From assembly GCA_020632535.1 (NCBI GenBank), contig JACKFJ010000003.1:230166-294165 (forward strand): a stretch of 64,000 bases of DNA, read 5' to 3'. Of the stretch, positions 1-10,047 are shown in pieces; position 1 is the first letter of the stretch, and the number at the start of each line of letters is the position of its first letter. The notes beneath the pieces were generated by a model, which had not been told where the DNA came from, made no database searches, and worked only from the letters and a program-made list of their open reading frames with translations. This DNA is from Candidatus Omnitrophota bacterium. GTDB lineage: Bacteria > Omnitrophota > Gorgyraeia > Zapsychrales > JANLHA01. The translations under genes were made by a program, and so were the position numbers.

Positions 1-47
1 CTAAATATGCCAACATTTTTTTGCCAAGCCGCCGCATTTTGTCACCT

Positions 48-76
48 TTGACTTTGAATGGACGCTATGTTAATAT
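48..76 (+). promoter_or_regulatory. putative sigma70-type promoter upstream of folE
   Basis: TTGACT (48-53), 17-nt spacer, TAATAT (71-76), about 30 nt before the folE ATG. Confidence 0.35.
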
Positions 77-107
77 TTTTCAACATTGACTTTAACAAGG
101 AAAAATC

Positions 108-647
108 ATGGATCAATTTTTCAAGAAATTAATTGAAGAAATCGGTGAGGACACAAACCGCGAAGGCTTACGCGCTACACCCGCGCGCGCTGCCAAAGCT
201 TTTCAGTACATCACAAAAGGTTATCGAGAAGATATTACCAAAGTTGTAAATAACGCTATTTTTGAATCCGACAATGATGAAATGATCATTGTCAAAGATA
301 TCGAACTCTATTCTCTGTGCGAACATCATCTTTTGCCATTCTTTGGCAAATGCCATGTTGGTTATCTCCCCAAAGGCAAAATCATCGGACTCTCGAAAGT
401 CGCGCGCATTGTTGACATTTTTGCGCGCCGTTTGCAAGTCCAAGAAAATCTAACTAAGCAAATCGCCGAAAGCATCATGGAAGTCACCAAAGCACAAGGT
501 GTCGGTGTTGTTATCGAAGCACAGCATTTGTGTATGATGATGCGCGGTGTTGAAAAACAAAACTCACTTATGAAAACGTCTTGTATGCTTGGACTCTTTC
601 GCAGTCAAAATCCGACTCGTTCCGAATTCTTAAGTCTCATTCAATAA
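108..647 (+). CDS. folE: GTP cyclohydrolase I
   Basis: 179 aa; characteristic block [23 protein letters not shown] and QENLT region typical of FolE. Confidence 0.9.
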   Translation: MDQFFKKLIEEIGEDTNREGLRATPARAAKAFQYITKGYREDITKVVNNAIFESDNDEMIIVKDIELYSLCEHHLLPFFGKCHVGYLPKGKIIGLSKVARIVDIFARRLQVQENLTKQIAESIMEVTKAQGVGVVIEAQHLCMMMRGVEKQNSLMKTSCMLGLFRSQNPTRSEFLSLIQ

Positions 648-649
648 TT

Positions 650-1387
650 ATGTTAAAAAATCAAGCGATCCGCACAATGGGAACGATACTCATTACCGGT
701 GGCGCCAAGCGCATCGGCGCACAAATCAGCCTGCACCTGGCAAAATCAGGATATTCAATCGCCATTCATTACAATCATTCCCACAAAGAAGCCCAAAACC
801 TCGCCAAAAAAATTCGACACTATAAAGTCCGCTGTGAAATCTTTCACACAGATTTGACGAATAATGAAGAAGTTGCGGCATTAATACCAGCCGTACAAAA
901 GAAATTTTCAAACTTGCAATGCTTGGTCAACTGCGCATCAATCTTTGAAAACTCCAGTTTACTTACTGAAAACTTATCAGACTTCAATCGTCATTTCTCA
1001 ATCCATTTAAAAGCGCCGTTTATTCTCAGCAGTCAATTCGCCAAACACAGCAAAAGGGGACAAATCATTAACATTCTTGATACGAATATCGTTAAAAACA
1101 AAACAGCGCATCTTTCTTACCTTTTAAGCAAAAAATCTTTAGCAAATCTAACTTCCTTGTCCGCGGTTGAACTTGCGCCACACATTAGGGTCAATGCTGT
1201 GGCACCGGGCCTCATTTTGCCTCCAGATGGTAAAAAATCAGAATATCTAGAGAGATTAGCCAAGCATATTCCCCTAAAACGCAAGGGAGAACCGGCTGAT
1301 ATTGCCAAAGCCGTACAATTTTTACTAGAAAATACCTATATAACTGGTCAAACCATCTTTGTGGATGGGGGAGAACACCTTATTTAA
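650..1387 (+). CDS. short-chain dehydrogenase/reductase, pteridine/dihydromonapterin reductase-like (FolM/PTR1-like)
   Basis: ILITGGAKRIGAQ Rossmann motif and YLLSK (YxxxK) catalytic motif. Sits between folE and folB. ATG at 650 lies 2 nt after the folE stop; the track start at 581 overlaps folE and is probably an over-extension (ATG at 677 is an alternative). Confidence 0.65.
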   Translation: MLKNQAIRTMGTILITGGAKRIGAQISLHLAKSGYSIAIHYNHSHKEAQNLAKKIRHYKVRCEIFHTDLTNNEEVAALIPAVQKKFSNLQCLVNCASIFENSSLLTENLSDFNRHFSIHLKAPFILSSQFAKHSKRGQIINILDTNIVKNKTAHLSYLLSKKSLANLTSLSAVELAPHIRVNAVAPGLILPPDGKKSEYLERLAKHIPLKRKGEPADIAKAVQFLLENTYITGQTIFVDGGEHLI

Positions 1388-1749
1388 TGGCAACCATACG
1401 TATAACGGATCTAAAATTACAGACTATTATTGGCATTAATGCTTGGGAGCGAAAGCTAAAACAAGACATAATCATTAATGTGTTTCTAGACTTTGACTCT
1501 TCAAAAGCTGCAAAAAGCGATAATATCAAAGATACTCTAGACTATAAGGCCCTCAAGAAACAAATTATGACTTTTATTCGAAGCTCAAAGTTCTTTCTTT
1601 TGGAGAAACTTGTAGAAGAGGTGCTTACACTCATTATGAGTGACCCCAAAGTTCTTAAAGCTACCGTACGGATTGACAAACCAAAAGCTTTACGCTTCGC
1701 GAAATCCGTTTCCATCGAATCAAGCCGCACCAAGTCACTCAAAAAGTGA
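1387..1749 (+). CDS. folB: dihydroneopterin aldolase
   Basis: 120 aa; N-terminus IRITDLKLQTIIGINAWERKLKQDIIINV is typical of FolB; start overlaps the stop of the upstream SDR (TAATG). Confidence 0.8.
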   Translation: MATIRITDLKLQTIIGINAWERKLKQDIIINVFLDFDSSKAAKSDNIKDTLDYKALKKQIMTFIRSSKFFLLEKLVEEVLTLIMSDPKVLKATVRIDKPKALRFAKSVSIESSRTKSLKK

Positions 1750-1958
1750 TAAAAACTACTTTTTCAAAATTACCGCAAAACCCCCAATTCTGAAAAATTT
1801 CATGCTTTTTGCAAGGAATTAACCTAAAAATTTGCATCCTGAAACACCCCTCACGTAAACCTTTATTTTTGCCCTGTTTACAATAAATCACCAAAAAGAT
1901 AATTTTGCATTGCAATTTGGCATATGGTATTGTTGGATTCTATATGCGAGACAAAACT

Positions 1959-2369
1959 ATGATTAAAAAATCAATGATTATCACAATTTCGGCTGTTACT
2001 TTCCTTTGTACGATTTTTGCTAACACAAAGGACTACGAAGCATCCTTAATTCCTTTAGACAAGGGAATCATGGCTGGCCGTGCGTCTTGGTACTCACGAA
2101 CTGACCCGGGAATTAACCGTCACACCGCGAATATGGAAGTTTTTGATGACCAAGACATGACTTGCGCCATGTGGAATGTGCCATTTAATCAAAAATTGCG
2201 AGTGACTAATCTCGCAAATGGCAAATCAGTTATTGTACGTGTTAATGACCGTGGTCCACATAAGCGTTATGTCAGAAAGGGCCGTGTTATTGATCTGACC
2301 AAGGCCGCATTCAAAAGACTTTCCGGAAGTCACAAAGGCCTCATCCGTGTTCAAATCGAATTTCTCTAA
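1959..2369 (+). CDS. RlpA-like (double-psi beta-barrel) lipoprotein/lytic transglycosylase family protein
   Basis: GRASWYS...HTANMEVFD...VRVNDRGPHKRYVRKGRVIDLTKAAFKRL matches the RlpA DPBB pattern. N-terminal hydrophobic signal MIKKSMIITISAVTFLCTIFA. The track start at 1905 is TTG; ATG at 1944 or 1959 is more likely. Confidence 0.7.
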   Translation: MIKKSMIITISAVTFLCTIFANTKDYEASLIPLDKGIMAGRASWYSRTDPGINRHTANMEVFDDQDMTCAMWNVPFNQKLRVTNLANGKSVIVRVNDRGPHKRYVRKGRVIDLTKAAFKRLSGSHKGLIRVQIEFL

Positions 2370-2501
2370 AAACATCAAGATACCCCCTCAAACCGTACCA
2401 GCAAACTTACCTCTTAACGCATTTATTTTCAATTTTTAACTTGCAAAATCAGTTGTGATTGTTATCATACGCAAGTAATTAAACGATGAAAGAATATTAA
2501 A

Positions 2502-3242
2502 ATGAAATTTAAAAATGAAATCGTTGTTGTAACGGGCGCGACACGCGGCATTGGCAAAGCGATTGCGATGGCTTTCGCAAAACAAGATGCGGAAGTGATC
2601 TTAATTGGCCGTAGTCAAGACGCTTTGAAAGCGCTCTCCGACGAGATAAGGGCATCTGGTCAAGCTTCTGATTTTTTTGCCTGTGACGTCGCTAATGGCG
2701 AAAATGTACAAAAAACCGTTAACATAATTCTTGACAAATATAAGCGCATTGATATATTAATTAACAATGCAGGCATTACCCGTGATAATTTATTGCTCCG
2801 CATGAGTGAAAGTGATTGGGACGATGTCATCAATACCAATCTCAAAGGAGTTTTCAACTTCACCAAAGCCGTTTCTCGGCCCATGCTCAAAGCAAAAAAA
2901 GGCAAAATTATCAGCATTGCCTCGATCATTGGAATAACAGGTAATGCTGGACAGGCAAATTATGCGGCAAGCAAAGCTGGCATCATTGGTTTCACAAAAT
3001 CTGTAGCACGCGAGCTGGCTTCGCGCGGGATTACTGCAAATGCAATCGCGCCCGGATATATTGAAACCGAAATGACCGGTCAGCTTAACGAAGAATTGAA
3101 AGACAAAATTTTAAAAACCATCCCATTAGGACGGTTAGGAACAGTTGAGGACATCGCTAACATAAGTTTATTTCTCGCTTCAAAAGAAGCGGATTATATC
3201 ACGGGTCAAACCATCGTAGTTGACGGTGGTATGGCGATTTAA
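2502..3242 (+). CDS. fabG: 3-oxoacyl-ACP reductase
   Basis: [26 protein letters not shown] motifs; directly upstream of acpP-fabF. Confidence 0.9.
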   Translation: MKFKNEIVVVTGATRGIGKAIAMAFAKQDAEVILIGRSQDALKALSDEIRASGQASDFFACDVANGENVQKTVNIILDKYKRIDILINNAGITRDNLLLRMSESDWDDVINTNLKGVFNFTKAVSRPMLKAKKGKIISIASIIGITGNAGQANYAASKAGIIGFTKSVARELASRGITANAIAPGYIETEMTGQLNEELKDKILKTIPLGRLGTVEDIANISLFLASKEADYITGQTIVVDGGMAI

Positions 3243-3271
3243 CGCACAGAGGGCAAAAAGGAGGCTTTTGT

Positions 3272-3511
3272 ATGTCAGTTGAAGATAAAATCAGGTCGAT
3301 CATTTCTGAACAATTAGGTGTAAAGCCTGAAGAAGTCAATCCGCAAGCATCGTTTATTGATGACCTTGGCGCGGATTCGCTCGACACTGTTGAGCTTATT
3401 ATGGCCCTTGAAGAAGAATTTGGCGTTGAAATTCCTGATGAAGATGCCGAAAAAATGGCCACCGTTGGTGATGCCATCAAGTATATCGAAGAAAAAGCCC
3501 CGAACAAGTAA
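3272..3511 (+). CDS. acpP: acyl carrier protein
   Basis: 79 aa; [20 protein letters not shown] with the phosphopantetheine-attachment Ser (DSL). Confidence 0.95.
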   Translation: MSVEDKIRSIISEQLGVKPEEVNPQASFIDDLGADSLDTVELIMALEEEFGVEIPDEDAEKMATVGDAIKYIEEKAPNK

Positions 3512-3546
3512 GGTTCTTCTCTATATATAAGAGCATAATCGAGTAC

Positions 3547-3569
3547 GCCCCGATGATTTCTATCGGGGC
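3547..3569 (+). terminator. hairpin after acpP (possible terminator or processing site)
   Basis: GCCCCGAT (3547-3554) pairs with ATCGGGGC (3562-3569), followed by a T-rich run. The stem sequence resembles hairpin 1 of the two-hairpin repeat family. Confidence 0.3.
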
Positions 3570-3590
3570 TACTTTCTAATAGGTGAATTT

Positions 3591-4835
3591 ATGCAAAAAA
3601 GACGTGTTGTCGTAACTGGTATTGGCGTCATTTCACCGTTTGGTGTAGGGACAGAAATTTTTTGGAAATCTCTCATCGAAGGCAAAAGTGGAATACGTCC
3701 AATTACTCATTTTGATGCCGCAAAGTTTGACTGCCGCATTGCCGGAGTTGTTACCCAATATAATCCTCTTGATCATTTTTCAACAAAAGAGGCACGTCAT
3801 CTCGCCCCATTCGTTCAATATTCAGTTGTCAGTTCTCGCGAAGCCATTGCCATGGCCAAACTCGATTTAAAAAATATTAATCCCGAACGAATGGGTGTTT
3901 TAATCGGTTCAGGTATCGGCTGCCTTCACACATTAGAAGACGAGCATTCCAAACTTTTAGAAAAAGGCCCTTCGAGAATGTCGCCATTCTTTATTCCAAA
4001 AATGATTATCAATGAAGCCGCTGGACAAGTTTCAATCGAAACAGGCGCAAAGGGACCCGCGACTTGTGTTGTTACTGCGTGTGCCACCGCAACCAATGCC
4101 ATCGGGGACGCTTTTCGTTTTATCCAATTTGGTGACGCAGATATCATGCTTGCGGGAGGATCCGAAAGTGCAGCAACACCACTAGGCATTGGTGGGTTTT
4201 GCGCGTTGAAAGCTTTATCACAACGCAATGATGATCCAGAAAAAGCAAGCCGTCCTTTTGATTTAAATCGTGATGGTTTTGTAATGGCAGACGGCGCTGG
4301 TGTAACTTTACTTGAAACACTTGACCACGCGAAAGCCAGAGGAGCTAATATTCTCGCCGAAGTTGTCGGCTATGGCCGTACATCCGATGCCTTTCATATC
4401 ACTGCGCCAGAATCAAGCGGTTTGGGCGCATCGCGCTCTATGAAACTCGCGCTTGATGAGGCGGGCATACTGCCAAAAGATTTAAGCTACATCAACGCGC
4501 ATGGAACATCGACATATTTGAATGATAAAGTTGAAACACTTGCGGTTAAAAACGTGTTTAAAGAACACGCCAAATTGATCCCAATGAGTTCGACAAAGTC
4601 TATGACAGGACATTTGCTCGGGGCAGCCGGCGGAGTCGAGTTTGCTGCCAGTGTCATGACGATTCGCGATAATATCATTGCTCCGACGATTAATCTTGAT
4701 ACACCGGACCCGGAATGTGATCTTGATTATGTTCCGAATCACGCCCGCAAAGCAAACATTAATTCTGTCATGTCAAATTCTTTAGGATTTGGCGGACATA
4801 ATGCCTCGATTCTGATTAAACGTTTTAAAGAATAA
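3591..4835 (+). CDS. fabF: 3-oxoacyl-ACP synthase II
   Basis: 414 aa; active-site block VVTACATATNAIG, HGTST, GHLLGAAG, NSLGFGGHN. Confidence 0.92.
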   Translation: MQKRRVVVTGIGVISPFGVGTEIFWKSLIEGKSGIRPITHFDAAKFDCRIAGVVTQYNPLDHFSTKEARHLAPFVQYSVVSSREAIAMAKLDLKNINPERMGVLIGSGIGCLHTLEDEHSKLLEKGPSRMSPFFIPKMIINEAAGQVSIETGAKGPATCVVTACATATNAIGDAFRFIQFGDADIMLAGGSESAATPLGIGGFCALKALSQRNDDPEKASRPFDLNRDGFVMADGAGVTLLETLDHAKARGANILAEVVGYGRTSDAFHITAPESSGLGASRSMKLALDEAGILPKDLSYINAHGTSTYLNDKVETLAVKNVFKEHAKLIPMSSTKSMTGHLLGAAGGVEFAASVMTIRDNIIAPTINLDTPDPECDLDYVPNHARKANINSVMSNSLGFGGHNASILIKRFKE

Positions 4836-4851
4836 ATAAATCTCAGTATAT

Positions 4852-4927
4852 TGTCATCCCCGAATGCTTTTATCGGGGATCCATTTTTCTGATCATGGAT
4901 TCTCTCTAAGAGATTGCGAGAATAACA
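4852..4927 (+). repeat. two-hairpin intergenic palindromic element, family A copy 1 (right half degenerate)
   Basis: TGTCATCCCCGAATGCTTTTATCGGGGATCC...GATTCTCTCTAAGAGATTGCGAGAATAACA; same architecture as copies at 12056, 53476, 58690 and 60991. Confidence 0.75.
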
Positions 4928-4951
4928 ATAGTTATCTAAAAAGGAATACCT

Positions 4952-6007
4952 ATGAAAAATTATAAAATCGCAATTATTGCCGGCGACGGAACAGGGCCCG
5001 AAGTTGTTCAGGAAGGTTTAAAAGTCCTCGCAGCCGCCTCACAAAAATTTGATTTTAAATATCAAACACATGCCTATGATTTTGGTGGCGAGCGTTACTT
5101 GCGAACAAAAGAAGTCTTGCCCGATTCAGCAATTGGCGAATTAAAAACCTTTAATGCCATTTATCTTGGCGCAATTGGCCATCCTGACGTTAAACCCGGC
5201 ATTTTGGAAAAAGGAATTCTTCTTCGCTTACGCTTTGATCTCGATCAATACATCAATCTTCGTCCCGTTGAACTTTATGATGAACGATTTTGTCCGCTCA
5301 AAAACAAAAAACCTGAAGATATCAATTTTACCGTCGTACGCGAAAACTCGGAAGGTTTGTACAAAGGTTTAGGTGAATTCCAAAATAAGGGGACAGCCAA
5401 CGAAGTTGCGATTCAAATTTCGCACAATACTCGCAAAGGTGTGGAACGCTGTATCCGTTACGCGTTCGAATACACACGTAAACACGGCAAAAAGAAGAAA
5501 CTCACCCTTTGTGGCAAAACCAATGTTTTGACATTTGCATTCGATCTCTGGGAAAGAACTTTCAATGAAATCGCAAAGGAATATACTGACATCACGACCG
5601 ATTACGCGCACGTCGACGCGACTACCATGTGGTTTGTCAAAAACCCGGAATGGTTTGATGTCATCGTAACCGACAATATGTTCGGCGATATCATTACGGA
5701 TTTGGGCGCCATGATTCAAGGCGGAATGGGTATCGCAGCCGGCGGGAATATTAACCCCGAAGGCGTTTCGATGTTCGAACCGATCGGAGGATCCGCGCCA
5801 AAGTACACTGGCAAAAATGTGATCAATCCTTTAGCTGCAATCGCGGCAATTGCAATGTTGTTACGGCAAGTCGGTGAAGATAAAGCTGGTAACGCGGTCG
5901 AAACAGCTGTCAAAACTGTTTTACGCACAAAACTCAAAGATCTCGCCGCGGGGAAAATGGGTTATTCCACGACACAAGTCGGCGATTTGGTTGTTAAAGA
6001 ATTATAA
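4952..6007 (+). CDS. isopropylmalate/tartrate/isocitrate dehydrogenase-family enzyme (LeuB/TtuC-like)
   Basis: 351 aa; [12 protein letters not shown]-terminus, [60 protein letters not shown]. Exact substrate cannot be decided from sequence alone; no leuA/leuCD nearby. Confidence 0.7.
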   Translation: MKNYKIAIIAGDGTGPEVVQEGLKVLAAASQKFDFKYQTHAYDFGGERYLRTKEVLPDSAIGELKTFNAIYLGAIGHPDVKPGILEKGILLRLRFDLDQYINLRPVELYDERFCPLKNKKPEDINFTVVRENSEGLYKGLGEFQNKGTANEVAIQISHNTRKGVERCIRYAFEYTRKHGKKKKLTLCGKTNVLTFAFDLWERTFNEIAKEYTDITTDYAHVDATTMWFVKNPEWFDVIVTDNMFGDIITDLGAMIQGGMGIAAGGNINPEGVSMFEPIGGSAPKYTGKNVINPLAAIAAIAMLLRQVGEDKAGNAVETAVKTVLRTKLKDLAAGKMGYSTTQVGDLVVKEL

Positions 6008-6040
6008 TGAAGCCAAAATGTAAACAAGAGGACTTTAATA

Positions 6041-7060
6041 ATGAAAAAATATAACGTCGCCGTTGTCGGCGCAGGAGCCGTCGGAAGCGAAATGCTGCGT
6101 GTTTTAAAACAGCGGAATTTTCCTGTTGCTCAATTAAAAGTTTTAGCTCGCAGCGCGCGTGATATTAATGTCGATGGACAAAAATATCATGTCGAACCAG
6201 TCACACCAAAAAGCTTTGAAGGTATGCATGTCGCACTTTTTGCCGGCACTGAAGGTGAAAAGGGAGCAGCCGTCACTTACGCACAAGAAGCTGTCAAACA
6301 CGGATGCATCGTTATTGATAATGGCTCTGATTTTCGTATGGAAAAAAATGTTCCGCTTGTTGTTCCCGAAGTCAACGGCAAAGACGTCAGATTGGCAAAA
6401 AAGGGCCGCGGCATCATCGCGAATCCCAATTGTTCCACCATCCAAATGGTTGTGGCTTTAGCGCCTATCCATAAAATGTCAAAAATCAAGCGCGTCATCG
6501 TTTCAACTTATCAAGCCGCTTCCGGCGCTGGCAGCAAAGCTGTCGATGAATTGTTTTCACAAACCAAAGATGTCATGGAAGGCAAAACAGCCCGCCCTGA
6601 AGCGCTGTCCAAACGTATTGCCTTTAATGTTTTCCCACATATCGGTTCATTTGCCGAAAACGACTTTACAACCGAAGAGTGGAAAATGATTTTGGAAACA
6701 CAAAAAATCATGCATGACAACAAAATTCAGGTCTCATCCACAACGGTACGTGTCGGGGTTAAAATTGGCCATAGCGAATCCGTATATTTAGAAACAACCA
6801 AAGCTCTTGATATTAAGAAAGTCAAAGCCGCGCTTGCGAAAGCTCCCGGCCTTATTGTCGTGGATGACTTAAAAACATCAAACTATCCGATGCCTATCGA
6901 CTGCGAAGGAAAGGACGATGTCTTTGTCGGACGAATCCGCAAAGATCCTTTTAATCCCAAAGGTATTTGGCTCTGGGTTGTCGCTGACAATTTGCGCAAA
7001 GGCGCGGCATCCAATGCCGTACAAATCGCCGAAGAATTAGTCAAACTCAACTTGATCTGA
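6041..7060 (+). CDS. asd: aspartate-semialdehyde dehydrogenase
   Basis: 339 aa; VVGAGAVGSEM N-terminus, active-site NPNCSTIQM, DNLRKGAA near the C-terminus. Confidence 0.9.
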   Translation: MKKYNVAVVGAGAVGSEMLRVLKQRNFPVAQLKVLARSARDINVDGQKYHVEPVTPKSFEGMHVALFAGTEGEKGAAVTYAQEAVKHGCIVIDNGSDFRMEKNVPLVVPEVNGKDVRLAKKGRGIIANPNCSTIQMVVALAPIHKMSKIKRVIVSTYQAASGAGSKAVDELFSQTKDVMEGKTARPEALSKRIAFNVFPHIGSFAENDFTTEEWKMILETQKIMHDNKIQVSSTTVRVGVKIGHSESVYLETTKALDIKKVKAALAKAPGLIVVDDLKTSNYPMPIDCEGKDDVFVGRIRKDPFNPKGIWLWVVADNLRKGAASNAVQIAEELVKLNLI

Positions 7061-7815
7061 TGCGCAATATCAAACTCACCATTGAATACGACGGTACACA
7101 TTTATCCGGTTGGCAAATGCAGACACTGGATAAACGAACTGTCCAGAGTGAAATTGAACTGGCACTACAAATTATTTTCAAAAAAGATATTCGCATTACA
7201 GGTTCCGGCCGCACAGACGCTGGAGTGCACGCACAGGGTCAAGTCGCGAACTTCCACACCGATTCAACAATGAAAACAGAAGAAATTGTCCGCGCTTTAA
7301 ACGGCAATCTTCCCGAAGATATTGTGATTCTTGCCGCGCAAGACGTTCCCAAAAAATTTCACGCGCAATTTAGCGCGAAGCGAAAAACTTATCGCTATAC
7401 AATTCTCAATCGTCAAAGTCGCACAGCATTACAAAATAATTTCTTGATGCATTTGCCATACAAACTTGATCTGACATTATTAAAAAAAGAAGCAAAAGAA
7501 ATTATCGGAGAAAAAGATTTTCGTTCTTTTATGGCCACCGATCACGCACAAAAAAACAAACTTATAATTAAAGACACAATACGAAAAGTTTACAGCCTGA
7601 AAATTCGTAAAGAAAACGATCTGATTCATATCGACATTACAGCCAATGGCTTTCTCTATAAAATGGTTCGAAATATTATCGGAACGCTCCTAGAAGTAGG
7701 GACCGGATTACTCCCTCCGGGAAGTATCAAAAAGATCATCAAAGCCAAGTCCCGTGTTGCGGCAGGGATGACGGCACCAGCCAAAGGACTGACGCTTTTA
7801 AGCGTAAAATACTAA
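7060..7815 (+). CDS. truA: tRNA pseudouridine(38-40) synthase
   Basis: 251 aa; GSGRTDAGVHA catalytic-Asp motif, FLYKMVRNIIG; start overlaps the asd stop (TGATG). Confidence 0.9.
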   Translation: MRNIKLTIEYDGTHLSGWQMQTLDKRTVQSEIELALQIIFKKDIRITGSGRTDAGVHAQGQVANFHTDSTMKTEEIVRALNGNLPEDIVILAAQDVPKKFHAQFSAKRKTYRYTILNRQSRTALQNNFLMHLPYKLDLTLLKKEAKEIIGEKDFRSFMATDHAQKNKLIIKDTIRKVYSLKIRKENDLIHIDITANGFLYKMVRNIIGTLLEVGTGLLPPGSIKKIIKAKSRVAAGMTAPAKGLTLLSVKY

Positions 7816-7851
7816 TATATTTAAACTCATTTGATAGCTCATAAATATCTG

Positions 7852-7880
7852 TTGACAAGATGTAAAGAGGATGCTATATT
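7852..7880 (+). promoter_or_regulatory. putative sigma70-type promoter of rplM-rpsI
   Basis: TTGACA (7852-7857), 17-nt spacer, TATATT (7875-7880). Confidence 0.45.
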
Positions 7881-7960
7881 TTTTGGACTTTGTGGCAGCT
7901 TTATTCCCACATTTAAAGACACGACAACTGAATAATTTCACGAAAAAATTGGATTAAATC

Positions 7961-8398
7961 ATGAAAATTGCAAAGACATTTTTACCAAACGTCGCAACCG
8001 CTGAAAAGAAATGCTATGTCATCGATGCGGCAGACAAGATTTTAGGACGTGTGGCTGCGAAAGCTGCGCACTATCTACGAGGCAAGCATCGCGCGGATTT
8101 TACCACACATTTTGATAGCGGAGACTTGGTTGTCATCATCAACGCCGAAAAGATCAAAGTCACCGGCAAAAAACTGACCGACAAAATTTATCAACGCTAT
8201 TCTGGTTACCCATCAGGCCAACGCCGCGTTGCTTTTGGAGATTTACAAAAGATTGCGCCAACAGAAGCCACACGCTTAGCTGTTGAAAGAATGATTTCAA
8301 AAGGACCACTCGGTAACGCGATCAGACGTCGTCTACGAGTTTATGCTGGCGATACTCATCCGCATCAGGCTCAAAGCCCGATCGTTGTAACAATTTAA
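7961..8398 (+). CDS. rplM: 50S ribosomal protein L13
   Basis: 145 aa; WYVIDA-like KCYVIDAADKILGRVA, conserved pairing with rpsI. Confidence 0.93.
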   Translation: MKIAKTFLPNVATAEKKCYVIDAADKILGRVAAKAAHYLRGKHRADFTTHFDSGDLVVIINAEKIKVTGKKLTDKIYQRYSGYPSGQRRVAFGDLQKIAPTEATRLAVERMISKGPLGNAIRRRLRVYAGDTHPHQAQSPIVVTI

Positions 8399-8417
8399 AT
8401 TTAAAGGAAAACATAAA

Positions 8418-8813
8418 ATGGTTGAAATTGTAAAATACGCTGCAACAGGTCGTCGCAAATGCTCCATCGCTCGTGTCACGTTGACACCGGGAACAGGAAA
8501 AGTCACTGTCAACGACCGTGAATTTGCGCATTATTTCGTTCGCGAAACAGACCGTATCAGCATTTTGGATCCATTTAAAATGACCAATATCGAAAACAAA
8601 TTTGATATCGTTGCCAGCTGTAATGGCGGCGGCATGTCTGGACAAGCTGGGGCGATGCGCCTTGGACTTTCCCGAGCATTAGTACATTTTGATGAAGCTG
8701 CAAAACCCGCGTTACGCAAAGGTGATTGCTTGCGCCGCGATCCTAGAATGAAGGAAAGAAAAAAACCTGGTCAAAAAGGAGCACGGAAGAAATTCCAATG
8801 GGTTAAACGTTAA
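8418..8813 (+). CDS. rpsI: 30S ribosomal protein S9
   Basis: 131 aa; GTGRRK, GGGMSGQAGA, basic C-terminus ending KR. Confidence 0.93.
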   Translation: MVEIVKYAATGRRKCSIARVTLTPGTGKVTVNDREFAHYFVRETDRISILDPFKMTNIENKFDIVASCNGGGMSGQAGAMRLGLSRALVHFDEAAKPALRKGDCLRRDPRMKERKKPGQKGARKKFQWVKR

Positions 8814-8842
8814 CATCAAAAAAATTCTAAGTTTTATAAAAA

Positions 8843-8886
8843 ACCTATCTTGCTCCTCGATAAAAGAGTTGACGAGATAGGTTTTT
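8843..8886 (+). terminator. rho-independent terminator after rpsI
   Basis: CCTATCT (8843-8849) pairs with AGATAGG (8874-8880), extended by U.G and G-C pairs, followed by TTTTTT (8881-8886) and preceded by an A-tract. Confidence 0.7.
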
Positions 8887-8920
8887 TAATTTAATATTAA
8901 CCACATTATTTTTAAAATCC

Positions 8921-8996
8921 GTTGCGAGCCCCAAAGGGGCGTGACAATCTCTAATAGATTGCTTCGTCGCTTTGAATAATTAAATAGCTCCTCGCA
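8921..8996. repeat. composite palindromic intergenic element (TTGCGAG...CTCGCAA ends)
   Basis: Ends TTGCGAG (8921-8927) and CTCGCAA (8990-8996) are inverted. Internal hairpins GCCCC-AAA-GGGGC (8927-8939) and CAATCT-CTAAT-AGATTG (8944-8960). The 9-mer CATTGCGAG (reverse complement of its right end) recurs at 24890-24898 upstream of uvrA. The loop AATCTCTAAT is shared with family A copy 4. Confidence 0.4.
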
Positions 8997-9015
8997 ATGC
9001 GATAAGGATAACACT

Positions 9016-10047
9016 ATGAAAACCAATATGATACGAACTGGCATTATCGGAATCAGTGGCTACACCGGTTTAGCTGTTTTTGAAATTTTACTTAAACACC
9101 CTCAAGTGCGATTAACCTATATCAGCGCCCATACCACACAGGGACCTGTTGATGAAATCTGGCCGCAATTAGCCGGACGCACCGAGCTAATTTGTGAAAA
9201 AATAAACATTCAAAAAGCCATTGATCAATGCGATGTCATTTTTCTCGCTGTTCCGCATTCATCGTCAATGGACATCACGCCTAAACTTTTAAAAGCTGGC
9301 AAACGTGTCATCGACTTAAGCGGAGATTATCGACTAAAGGAAGCGAGCATCTACGAAAAATGGTATGCTCACAAACATACCGACGCCCAAAATTTAAAAG
9401 CCGCGGTATATGGCTTACCGGAACTTTATCGCGAAAAAATCAAAAAAGCACAATTACTTTCAAACCCCGGGTGTTATCCTACTGCTGCGCTTTTAGGGAT
9501 TTTGCCAATTGGAACAAGCATGACCAACGACATCACATCGATTATCATCGATGCAAAATCCGGCGTCAGCGGAGCTGGGAAGAAAGTTGCGGCAAATTTG
9601 ATGTTTTGTGAAGTCAACGAAAATTTCAAAGCCTATAAAGTTTGCAATCATCAACACAGTCCAGAAATTGAAGGGTATCTTTCTAACGCCGCCGGAAAAA
9701 ACTTAAACGTGACATTTGTTCCGCATCTTTTACCGATTAACAAAGGTATTTTAGAAACGATTTATATTCAACTTAATACAAAAACGACGGCAGAAAAGGC
9801 CCACACACTCTACACAAAATTTTATAAAAATGAACCGTTTGTGCGTGTTCGCAAATTGGATGTCCAACCAGAACTCAAAGATGTCGTCGATACTAACTTT
9901 TGTGATATCGGTATCGCGGTTAATGAAACCGGAAATCTTATTGTCGTAACAAGTGTCATTGATAATTTGATCAAAGGCGCCGCTGGGCAATCCGTTCAAA
10001 ACATGAACATTATGCATGGTTTTGCAGAAACAGAAGGGTTACTATGA
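9016..10047 (+). CDS. argC: N-acetyl-gamma-glutamyl-phosphate reductase
   Basis: 343 aa; GISGYTG, active-site SNPGCYPTA. Confidence 0.9.
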   Translation: MKTNMIRTGIIGISGYTGLAVFEILLKHPQVRLTYISAHTTQGPVDEIWPQLAGRTELICEKINIQKAIDQCDVIFLAVPHSSSMDITPKLLKAGKRVIDLSGDYRLKEASIYEKWYAHKHTDAQNLKAAVYGLPELYREKIKKAQLLSNPGCYPTAALLGILPIGTSMTNDITSIIIDAKSGVSGAGKKVAANLMFCEVNENFKAYKVCNHQHSPEIEGYLSNAAGKNLNVTFVPHLLPINKGILETIYIQLNTKTTAEKAHTLYTKFYKNEPFVRVRKLDVQPELKDVVDTNFCDIGIAVNETGNLIVVTSVIDNLIKGAAGQSVQNMNIMHGFAETEGLL

